IMG/VR virus record: IMGVR_UViG_3300046535_000869
Coordinates: 38,083-102,082 of that record
Origin: a virus
Strand: one strand, 5' to 3'
Length of the DNA stretch: 64,000 nt
The notes beneath the pieces were generated by a model, which searched no databases, was not told the DNA's origin, and saw only the letters and a program-made list of their open reading frames with translations. Position numbers and translations under genes: made by a program. Positions 49,793-59,037 of this stretch are shown in pieces (position 1 is the stretch's first letter; the number at the start of each line of letters is the position of its first letter).

Positions 49793-50308
49793 CTAGTCGT
49801 CGAACGTGATCAGCCTGACGCCGATGACCACCGGCTCGCCGACCGTCGCGCTGATGGACGGAGCCTGGCCGCTCGGCTTGAACGCCCGCAGGCGCTGAGT
49901 CATCTTGTCGACCATGCGCTGGCGCTCGCGCTGGCCCAGCGTCTCCCAGATCGCGCCGTCGGCGACGCCGAGCACGTCCCGCAAGATCGCCGCCGCCTCC
50001 TCCTCCTGGTGCATCCAGATCGGCTTCGGTGGAGGAACCGTCACGCCCGCGTGAGACTTCGGCCCGAACGTCGCCAGGCTTCCGCTCGACAGGCCGGGCT
50101 GGGTGTTCAGGCTTGCCGTCTCCGCGTAGTACTGGTGGATGTGTTTACAGGTCTTCGGGCTGGCCTTGTTGAACTGCCAGGCCGAGCACAACTTCTGGCT
50201 GGTCACGTCGTAGCAGTAGACCTTCCCGTCGGCGTCGCGCCGCACGGAGTAGATCCGGCCGCTGGTCTTCGACGGCCCCTCGGCCAGGACGACGAACTGC
50301 TTCGCCAT
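49793..50308 (-). CDS. SWIM-like zinc-finger protein
   Basis: YSV...YC...C..WQF.....CKHI. Confidence 0.6.
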   Translation of the reverse strand: MAKQFVVLAEGPSKTSGRIYSVRRDADGKVYCYDVTSQKLCSAWQFNKASPKTCKHIHQYYAETASLNTQPGLSSGSLATFGPKSHAGVTVPPPKPIWMHQEEEAAAILRDVLGVADGAIWETLGQRERQRMVDKMTQRLRAFKPSGQAPSISATVGEPVVIGVRLITFDD

Positions 50309-50622
50309 CAGTCGACCACCGGGCCGAGGATGATGTTCGCGTAGTGCGCCGCCTTGCGGACGTGCATCACGAGGTCGAGCGTCGCCGTCGTGACCGCGAA
50401 CTGGCTGACCGATCCGGTCGCCAGGTTGCCGCCCTTGCGCTGGCTGGCCGCGACCAGCGCGTTCCGCCGCGCCGTGTTCAGGCGCTTGAAGGTCTTCGCC
50501 GCCTTGACCAGGCCGAAGGTCCAGACGTTCAGGTTCCACGTCGCCAGCTCCAGATCGGAGCCGAGGCGGAAGGACGCGGTCATGCTGTTCAGGTGTTCGT
50601 CGTTGGTCATCATCGTCTCCAT
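50308..50622 (-). CDS. Leaderless hypothetical protein
   Basis: ATG 6 nt after TATCAT. Confidence 0.6.
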   Translation of the reverse strand: METMMTNDEHLNSMTASFRLGSDLELATWNLNVWTFGLVKAAKTFKRLNTARRNALVAASQRKGGNLATGSVSQFAVTTATLDLVMHVRKAAHYANIILGPVVD

Positions 50623-50705
50623 GTAGCGATGATATGTTCAATGATTGTGCTTGTCAACAACTATTTTTGAGGCCGGGCGGATTATTTTCGCCCGGCCTCC
50701 TGGCC

Positions 50706-52286
50706 CTACTCGCCGACCTCGATGGTCCGCTCGGTGGGCAGCGGAGCCTCGTCCGGCCGCTCGTCCTCCGGCGACTTGTACCAGCCCGGCTTGCTGGCGC
50801 TCAGGAACCGCCCGGAGGCGCTCGACCGGAGGTCCTTAATGACCTGGCGCGCGCTGACCGCCGACGGGATGATGTAGCGTGCCGCCTCGACGACCGTGGT
50901 CTCGAACTCGGCCGCGCGCTCGCAGGCCCGCTCAATCTCCGCCCCGGTCCAGCCGTCGTCGAACCCTTCCGGGAACGTCGCTTGCTCCGCCGTCAGGCCC
51001 AGCTTGCTGACGTAGACGTCCCAGACCGCCCGGCGACCGGCCTTGTCAAGCAGGTCATGGAAGAACTGGTCCGGGAAGCGCCGGTTCATCTCCGGCGAGA
51101 AGGTCGTCGTCTTGTTGGCTGTCGCGATGAACAGGACGCGCCCGCCCTCGCCCGCCATCGCTGTGACCATCTTCAGGCCGACCCGGATGGTCGCCTCGGA
51201 CTGGCCGACGACGCCGCCCTTCATGCCGCCCAGGTCGAACACCAGGACCGGCTTGCCGCTGGCCTTGCCGACCGCCTTGGCGAGCTGGGACTTGCCGCAA
51301 CCGGCGACGCCGCCGAGCAGGACGCCCAGGTGTGCCTTCCGGCCCTTCGGCGTCATCACGCCGTCCTGGATGTAGCTGAGGACCTGGCCGACCTGGTCCT
51401 TGCCGACGCCGCTGTCGCCAACGTGCTCGGCCATGCCGCCCGCGAATGCCTTCTCCGCCTCGTCGATGAAGACGATGACCTTGAAGGCGTTCTTCGCGAT
51501 GTAGCGCGTGAAGAACTCGACGACGTTGTCGAGGCCCTTCAGGTCTTCCAGCTTCTCCTGCCCGCGCCAGACGCGCAGCCCGGCCGTGTTCTCGATGGCC
51601 TGAATCTTCCGCTCCCACAGCTTGGCGACGTCGATGCCCTTCGGCGTCAGGCTGATGGCCGTCGCCTCCTCCGCCGTGTAGGCCGACAGACCGATGACCG
51701 CGTCGAGCGCCGCCTCGCGCACCGCGCCGACCGGGAGCGCCAGGTTCGCGTTTTTGTGCTGCTGGTCGACGATGGCCTCCAGCTCCGCGCGGGTCGGGAG
51801 AGGTTCGCTCAGAAGGTGGATGTCGCCGGTCAGCTCGACCGGCAGCTTGAACGTCGGGCCGAGCAGGACGAGCTGTCGACGGTTCATCTTGAACTTGTCG
51901 CGCAGGTTCCAGACGGCCTGGACGTTGCCGGTCTCCGCGAGCTGTCGATGCGCGTTCAGGATGAAGACGACCGTCTTCTCCGAGAACTTCTCCGCCATCT
52001 CCATCGCCGTGACGAAGTTGACGCTCTGGAACAGGTTCGGGAACTTGGTCAGCTCAGCCTGGCCGGTCTCGTTCAGACCGATGAGGCCGCGTACGGCGTC
52101 CCACTGGCACGTCGGGACGACGCCGTTTAGGCTGACCCGGATGGCCTTGATGGTCGCCGCCGGGTCGGGCGTCTCGATGGCAATCAACGGCGAGGATACG
52201 CGCCGCGCTGCCTTGAAGGACTTGACCAGCTCACTGTCCGCTGGCGCTACCGTCTGGTCGATTGTCGCTACTGCCTTGGGTGTCAT
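50706..52286 (-). CDS. AAA+ ATPase (Ycf46-like)
   Basis: PLIAIET...WDAVRG N-domain, GVLLGGVAGCGKS, VGQSE, IATAN, RRFPDQFF, GWTGAEIE. Confidence 0.85.
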   Translation of the reverse strand: MTPKAVATIDQTVAPADSELVKSFKAARRVSSPLIAIETPDPAATIKAIRVSLNGVVPTCQWDAVRGLIGLNETGQAELTKFPNLFQSVNFVTAMEMAEKFSEKTVVFILNAHRQLAETGNVQAVWNLRDKFKMNRRQLVLLGPTFKLPVELTGDIHLLSEPLPTRAELEAIVDQQHKNANLALPVGAVREAALDAVIGLSAYTAEEATAISLTPKGIDVAKLWERKIQAIENTAGLRVWRGQEKLEDLKGLDNVVEFFTRYIAKNAFKVIVFIDEAEKAFAGGMAEHVGDSGVGKDQVGQVLSYIQDGVMTPKGRKAHLGVLLGGVAGCGKSQLAKAVGKASGKPVLVFDLGGMKGGVVGQSEATIRVGLKMVTAMAGEGGRVLFIATANKTTTFSPEMNRRFPDQFFHDLLDKAGRRAVWDVYVSKLGLTAEQATFPEGFDDGWTGAEIERACERAAEFETTVVEAARYIIPSAVSARQVIKDLRSSASGRFLSASKPGWYKSPEDERPDEAPLPTERTIEVGE

Positions 52287-52359
52287 CGTCGTCTCCTCCG
52301 TCGGTTCATTCCGACCCGCTGATGATAGGATAAAGCCTGACTGAAGTCAAGCTCTATCT

Positions 52360-53601
52360 TCAGCCCTGGTTGTCGCCGCACCATTCGCAGCTCTCGATGT
52401 CGCAGGCGATGACCCGCTCGTCGATGAGCGCTTCCATCGCTCGACGCCAGAGACCGTCGCTGACCGGCCCGGCGTTCGCGATGACCTGCTCGTGCAGGTC
52501 GCAGCCGTAGAACTTGTGACCGTCCGGTGCCGTCAGGATTAGCTCGAACCAGCCGCCGCTCTCGTCGACCGCGATGGTCGCGCCCAGCTCCTTCGCCCGC
52601 GCCCGCGCAATCTTCCGCGCCGCCGTAGCGACGCTCCGTTCCTTCGCGCTCGTGTAGTATGCCATCGTCGTCTCCTTAGAACTGCTGCCCAGACGCCGCC
52701 TGCGCCGCCTGCGCCGAGGCGACCGACAGCCGAACCGCCGCCTTGCGCGCGGCCGTCTCGGACTTGTAGACGTTGCCGACCGGCTGGTCGCCGTCGACCG
52801 GGAACACGCGGTAGCGGACGTTGTCGCGCTGCCAGCCGAACTCCGCGCCGCAGCGGCTGTAGTCCGTCCGAACCTCGTAGTCCTGATACTCGACGCCGTA
52901 GAAGGTGGTGGCCATTGTCGTCGTCTCCTCTTAGTGTCGGGTCGCGTGAACCGCGACTCGGTGCGCCTTGTGACTCGATGCGCTCATGTCAATCATGCAG
53001 ACCAGCGCCGCCAGGAACATCGCCGCCCGCAACATCGTCATCACCATGAAGGAGATGATATGCTCAATGTGTTGAGCTTGTCAACAACTATTTTCAGCCC
53101 TCACGCATTTTCTTTGAAGCGCTGCCGGTAGATCGCGTGCCGGTGCGGCCCGGCCCAGTTGTCCAGGATGCTGACGCTCTGGGCGTTCCTGACCGCGAAG
53201 ATCTCGGCCTGGCGGAAGACGACGCCGAAGTAGCTGGTCCCTGGCGTGTCCCAGGTCTGGTCGATGACCCGGCCCAGCTCGTCGACGATCCAGGCATGGT
53301 GGACCGGGAAGAACTGGGACAGCGCGATGCCCTCGACGTACCGCAGATCGCGCCGCTTGTGGCGGGCGTCCGTCAGGGTCCGGTAGGCGTTGTCGAAGCA
53401 GTACTTCGCGGTCATCTGCCGGAAGCCGCGCGGCCGATCTTGGGGCGTCCAGAACCGCCCATGCTGCTGGAGGAAGTCGCACATCCCGGCGTACACGAAG
53501 CCGTCCGGTCGCGGCCGATCTTTACCGGTCGCCAGGTCGAACTTCTCCAGCGCTGCGCGGGCCTTGATGTAGTCGTCGACGACCCGATCCTCGGCCGTCA
53601 T
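52360..53601 (-). CDS. Small hypothetical ORFs (52360-52665, 52676-52915, 52931-53047, 53101-53601)
   Basis: SD GGAGACGACG motifs or leaderless start; 53101-53601 has C..NA...YVEG...HAW...D (transglutaminase-like triad). Confidence 0.6.
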
Positions 53602-53962
53602 GGGAGCAGCGCCGCCAGGTGTCCGGCCTGGGCCAGGACGCTCAGCATCCCGGCCGTGAGCAGCCCGCCGAGCACTAGCACGCCGAGCGCCCGTTCTGTC
53701 ATCGTCATCGTCATCTCCTCGAAAGTGCGCCGGGTGATCGTCCCGGCCTTGGTGGATTCATCACGACCGGGTGATCAATCCCGGTCGCCCTCTCGCTTGT
53801 GACCTGATGCCTGACGCCCGAGAAGGGTCCACGTCAGGTTGTCGGTCGCTCTATCGCCCCATCTGCCCTCCTGAGTTGCGCGACGTTTCGACCTTTATCT
53901 GGTCGAGCGTGCGAGCCTGCTGCTCGCCCCTACGGTGACAGCCCCTCCGGCCGTCGCGCTGG

Positions 53963-55032
53963 TTAATCTTCGAGAACCCGTCGACCCTTCGCCCCGTCCT
54001 GATAATACGACTTGAAGACCTTCACTAGTCCCTGATGTCGAGCCTGACGCCGCCGACGTGCCTTCAGGTACCGCTTCGTGACTGCTCGATGATGTGACAT
54101 CGCTATCTCCTCCGGTTACTCGGTGCCGAGCGCCAGGTCCGTCTCGTCGAACTCGTGGCCGAACTCGTGACCCTCGGCTTCCATCTCCGCGAGCGCCGCG
54201 CGCGTCAGCTCCCACTCGTCGGCCTCGTCGAAGGCCGACGAGTGGAGGAGCGCGTCAACCGTGGCCTCGTCGCGGGTCGGGAACATCAGGTCCAGGCCCG
54301 CCGCAGTCAGCCCGCGCACGATGACGAAGTCGTCGGAGGTAAAGCCGTGGAAGTCCTCGAACGCCTTGTCGTCGGCGTTCTGCATCTGTGCCGCTTCGAG
54401 CATCTCGTCGAGCGTGCCAGCCGCGATGACCACTCCGCCCAGGTTGTAGACCGCCTCGAACATCAGCACCAGGTCCGTCGCCACTTCGTTGTTGTTGTTC
54501 ATCATCGTCTCCATGTAGTGAATGATATGCTCAATGTTTCTGGATGTCAACAACTATTTTCAAAAATCTTTCAGAGGAACCGAACCTCGACCCGGTAGCC
54601 GCGCGCCGTCAGGTTGAACCGGATGACCTCGGCCCATTCCGCCGTCAGCGGGAGCGCCTGCGCGCGCGAGCCGACGATGGGTTCGTTGAACTTGTGACCG
54701 GTGTGCTTGAAGTAGCGCAGCCGGGTCGACTGGAAGTGTCCGCCGCCGACGGCCAGGATACGGTCCTTCGGGCTGTCCATTGTCACGTTCGCGAGTGGGG
54801 TGTCCATCGTCGTCTCCTCAGTTGGCTGCTGTTAGTTGGCGAGCGCCGCGTTCATCTTGGCCTTGTGCGCGTGCGCCTGGGTCTTGTTCGCGAACTCGGC
54901 CTTGTAGCTGCCGGTGACTTCCTTGCCGTCGACCAGGACCACCGACAGGACGTACCAGCCGCGAACCGTGGGCTTCGGGCTGACGTAGTACCGAACCGCC
55001 GCCGCCGTCTTCGTTGTCGTCATCGTCATCAT
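53963..55032 (-). CDS. Small ORFs (53963-54100 basic 45-aa peptide, 54116-54514, 54571-54807, 54832-55032)
   Basis: SD GGAGG or leaderless promoter cassettes. Confidence 0.6.
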
Positions 55033-55309
55033 GGAGAGAATGATATGCTCAATAGAATCGGTTGTCAACAACTATTTTCAGTCCAGGCGAATTATTTTTG
55101 AGGTCCGTGTAAGTCCTTGAGCTGGCTCCTGCCAGGACAGGACAAGATCGGACAGATGTGAAATTAAGTCACTAGCCCTAGTGGTCGCTCCGATCTTACA
55201 TACTAGGCCCCATAATGACCAGGTTGACTCCTGAGCTACGGCCCGCCGTCGACATCCACAGGTCCCGATCCTGAGCGTCTACCGCCCAGGAACGGAGCCG
55301 CCCTGCCCC

Positions 55310-56443
55310 TTGCAGCTTCCTGGCTGTCAGGGCTACGTCAAATCCCGCGACGCCAAGAGCTGCTATCCCTGCTCCCAGGTCGCCTCCCGGCGGAGGCCCT
55401 CAACCAGGGAGCTGCCCAGTGAGCGACCGATCTCCCAGACGGCCGGACCTGCCTGGCCCTCGGCGATGATGCACGCTGGGCCAGCCTCGCCAGCCCAGGC
55501 CCCGATCTCCGCGCTAGTCGAGCCGCCCTTCGAGCCGGTCCTCCATGTCCCTGATCGGCCCTTCGAGGAACACTGGGCGGTCTTCATGCGCGAGATCGGC
55601 ATGGCCAAGGACCGGTACGCCGGGCCTGCGAAGCTCCGGGCGAAGGTCGGACGCCGGAAGATCCTCGTCGTCCCGGACCTCCATGCGCCGTTCCAGGACC
55701 ACCAGGCCGTCGCGATGATGCTGGAGCGCGAGAAGGACGCCGACCTCTGCGTCATCATGGGCGACATCGGCGACAGCTACTCCCTGTCCCGGTTCCTGAA
55801 GTACGACAGCGTGCCGTACGAACAGGAGATCGCGGCCGTGACGCTCCTGCTTCAGACGTTCTCGGAGCGCTTCCCAGAGGTCCGAATCATCGTCGGGAAC
55901 CATGACGGACCCAGGCTTGAGAAGCAGCTCCTCGAACGCCTGTCCGGCGACATGGTGGTCGCGATCCGGTCGATGACCGGAGGCACGCTCGACCCGGTCG
56001 AGGTCCTCTGCCGCCAGTTCGGGAACATCGAGCGCGTCATGCCGTTCGCCGATGGCATCGGCCTCCGCTGGATGACCCAGGTCGGCGACGCGATCTTCAC
56101 CCATGCCGAAAAGTACAGCCGGGTCCCAGGGAGCGCGCTCCGCTCCATCGATGAATGGATGACCGACTTCGAGGACGTCATCGGGCTGAAGGACTGGCGT
56201 GTCCTCGTCCAGGCTCACACCCATGCGATGTCCTGGATTCCCTGGAAGGCGAACCGGCTGCTGATCGAATGCGGCTGTCTCGCCAGGAACATGGGCTACC
56301 AGTTCACGGCCCGCATCGGCGGACGGCCCCAGCGCCGTGGCTACGTGGTCCTCGAACAGGTCGACGGTCGAACCGACATCAACGCCTCGCGCGTCGTCTG
56401 GCTCGATCCTGAGCTGGCCGACATCAAGGCACAGAATCAGTAG
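55310..56443 (+). CDS. Calcineurin-like metallophosphoesterase
   Basis: DLH, GD, GNHD, H, AHTH motifs; start uncertain. Confidence 0.85.
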   Translation: MQLPGCQGYVKSRDAKSCYPCSQVASRRRPSTRELPSERPISQTAGPAWPSAMMHAGPASPAQAPISALVEPPFEPVLHVPDRPFEEHWAVFMREIGMAKDRYAGPAKLRAKVGRRKILVVPDLHAPFQDHQAVAMMLEREKDADLCVIMGDIGDSYSLSRFLKYDSVPYEQEIAAVTLLLQTFSERFPEVRIIVGNHDGPRLEKQLLERLSGDMVVAIRSMTGGTLDPVEVLCRQFGNIERVMPFADGIGLRWMTQVGDAIFTHAEKYSRVPGSALRSIDEWMTDFEDVIGLKDWRVLVQAHTHAMSWIPWKANRLLIECGCLARNMGYQFTARIGGRPQRRGYVVLEQVDGRTDINASRVVWLDPELADIKAQNQ

Positions 56444-56513
56444 GACGGATGGGCTGGCATGGACTACACTGCTCGCGACGTTCGCCTCACCGAACCTTCG
56501 CTGGACGGAGCCG

Positions 56514-56876
56514 ATGCCACAGACACGTCGCCAGACCCCTCGACCGAAGACACCTTCGCGCGACAGCGCCGCCTTCATCGCACGCATGCTGCACGCGCTC
56601 GGCGGGAAGGCCGCGACCAAGGGTTACAACCAGACCGGACCAGACAGTGCTAACCCGCTGTACGAATTCGTCCTGGAGACGAACGGCGACCACGGTCACG
56701 CCGTCGGCGAGGTCATCTACAAGATCCGCCGCTGGACCCGAACCAGGAATGACGAGGACCTGGAGAAAGCAGCCGCATGGCTGTTCCTGATCTGGAAGCA
56801 TACGCCGCCGTCGTCCGGCTCGCCCGCGCCGCGTGCGCGTGCGGCTTCGCGACGCGCCTCGTCGTCGCGCCGATAG
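56514..56876 (+). CDS. DUF3310-like / nucleotide-metabolism protein
   Basis: KGY...GEVIYKIRRW...EDLEKAAAW. Confidence 0.5.
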   Translation: MPQTRRQTPRPKTPSRDSAAFIARMLHALGGKAATKGYNQTGPDSANPLYEFVLETNGDHGHAVGEVIYKIRRWTRTRNDEDLEKAAAWLFLIWKHTPPSSGSPAPRARAASRRASSSRR

Positions 56877-56948
56877 ACCTCGCCTCGATTCCCTGTCCAC
56901 GCTGCGACGCGCCAGTCGCCCTGACTCCTCCGCCGGAGGTCCGCCCCG

Positions 56949-57251
56949 ATGTCTAAGACCCTGCTCGTCCTCGCCGTCCTCCTCGCCTCCCAGCTCGGCC
57001 TACCAGGTCGAGGCCCGGCGATGCTGTGCATGGGTGCGGTCCACGCTGCCGCCGCCCAGGAGCGCTCGACGCCTCCAGGCGAATGGTGCCAGCGCCCGCC
57101 GGTCAGATCGACGAAGGCGCACGCCTGCGCCTGCCATCAGCACGATTGCACGGACCCGGACCCGAACCACGTCAGCGCGCACGTCGACGCCGCCTGCCTG
57201 AACTTTTGTACGACGAAAAATTGTCAGTGCGTACACAACGACTGCCCCTAG
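56949..57251 (+). CDS. Small secreted Cys-rich protein
   Basis: Signal peptide; about 9 Cys in the mature part. Confidence 0.6.
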   Translation: MSKTLLVLAVLLASQLGLPGRGPAMLCMGAVHAAAAQERSTPPGEWCQRPPVRSTKAHACACHQHDCTDPDPNHVSAHVDAACLNFCTTKNCQCVHNDCP

Positions 57252-57896
57252 TCGAGCTAACCGGCCTTCGCGCTGGGCTTCGGGATGTCGACCGGCTTGA
57301 AGTCTGGAAGGTGGACCGTGACGATCTGCCCGTCGGTCCACTTGACCGTGATGTCGCCCGCCTTGGTTCTCAGCGTGAAGCCGCCCGCGTCGAGGTTGAA
57401 CTTCTCCAGCTCGACGCCGATGACCTGATTCTCGAAGTACTGCCTAATCACACATCCTCCTCTTGGCATGGCCCGACCTTCGTCACCACGTACTCGCCAG
57501 CGTCGGTCAGATAGTCCCACTCGCGCATCGTCCAGCGCCTCACGGCCAGTCCGTCGCGACGATGAACGGGTTGCCGTCGACGACCCGCACGAAGATGTGC
57601 TCGGTCGGCCAGCGGGCGATGAGCTTCGCGACCTCGTCCCAGGTCCGGCGACGGAGCGTCGGCTTCGTCAGAATCTCGAACTTGATGACGATGTCGTCCG
57701 CGCCCGCGCAGTCCTCGCAGATGTAGCGCCCGTCGACCTGGCACTGATCGCTCACCGAGGTCTCGCCGTGGCACTCGCTGCAGGTGAAGGTTGAGAGGCC
57801 GTCGTCGTCGTGCATCATCATCGTCGTCTCCGTTCGTGTCAGCCGACCATCGACTGACTTGCAGATGATAGGATAAAGGCCAGGCAGAGTCAAGAG

Positions 57897-57930
57897 AAAA
57901 GTGAGGACCGGGAGTTTTATCTCCCGGCCC
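57897..57930 (-). terminator. Rho-independent terminator directly upstream of a promoter cassette
   Basis: GGCCGGGAG/CTCCCGGTC stem followed by CACTTTT on the minus strand. Confidence 0.55.
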
Positions 57931-57939
57931 CTGCCCCGA

Positions 57940-58716
57940 CTAGAACCTCCAGGCCCCGTTGACCGCCTCCCGCTCGGCTCGGTCGATGTCCATGTTCTCC
58001 GCCGCGCGCTCGGCCGCGATCTCGGCCAGGTAGTCCGCGCGCTCGTTGGCGATCTCGGCGTCCAGGATGCGCTGTTCCATCTCGTCCTCTTCGGCGATCC
58101 GGCCCTCGACCGGGACCGCCGTCAGGGCCTTCGTTCCCTTCGGGTGATGCGGGAGGCCCCAGTGCTTCGCGCAGATGGGACCGTAGCCGACTTCGATGCT
58201 GCCCTCGTCCGTGAGCTTCAGCCCGCAGAAGCTGCAGGAGCAGGTCAGCGCGCCGTACGCCTTGGCCGCTGCGACCGGGTCCGCCGCGATGGCCGTCAGC
58301 GTCGCGATGACCGAACCGTCGCTGTAGGTCATCGGCCCGGCCGTCTTGCCGTCGACGCCGATGCGGCCGACCCAGAAGCCGTCAATCTTGACCTGGACGG
58401 AGCCAGGGAACTTCGAGCCGCTGCCCGCGATGCTGAGAACCAGCTCGCCGCCCTTGGGTGCGAGGAAGCGCGCCTTCGGGAACTTGAGACCGCGCTCGCG
58501 CGCCGCCATCAGGAACGCTGCGATGCCGGTCGACTCGACCACCGGAGCTGCCGCGACCGCCGCAACCTTCGACGCCGTCGCCTTCGCGCAGGCTTCCAGG
58601 CTGATGTGCTTCGCGCCCGCTTCGCGCGTCCAGGTGATTACCTCGCCCGCCTTGATGTAGCCGCCGCAGGCTTTGCAGGAACCGTTGAACTTGGAGGTCA
58701 TCGTCATCGTCGTCAT
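57940..58716 (-). CDS. DUF6011-like Zn-finger protein
   Basis: N-terminal CKAC; C-terminal CSFCGLKLTDEGSIEVGYGPICA. Confidence 0.7.
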   Translation of the reverse strand: MTTMTMTSKFNGSCKACGGYIKAGEVITWTREAGAKHISLEACAKATASKVAAVAAAPVVESTGIAAFLMAARERGLKFPKARFLAPKGGELVLSIAGSGSKFPGSVQVKIDGFWVGRIGVDGKTAGPMTYSDGSVIATLTAIAADPVAAAKAYGALTCSCSFCGLKLTDEGSIEVGYGPICAKHWGLPHHPKGTKALTAVPVEGRIAEEDEMEQRILDAEIANERADYLAEIAAERAAENMDIDRAEREAVNGAWRF

Positions 58717-59037
58717 CTCCTTGCGCCTTGATTGGCCCGACCAGAGAATGATAAGACAAACGAATGAGCATGTCAACGATTATCTTGGGCCTCGGTCGAT
58801 TTATTTACAGGCCCAGAAAACCGGGCTATTTCGGCCTGATTCGGTCTCCTTTCGCTTTCTCCGCCGCCTTCTCGCAGGCCCGGTGGACGGCCCGGTCCGC
58901 GATGACGACCGCCTCCTCGATGACGTTCGACGTTGGGTCCGCCGAGGCCGACGCCTCTCGGAGCAGCTCCGCGACCTCTTCACGCGCGCGTGAACGCCAG
59001 AGCACGCCGACCGTGAACCGAACCCAGACATGCTGGC

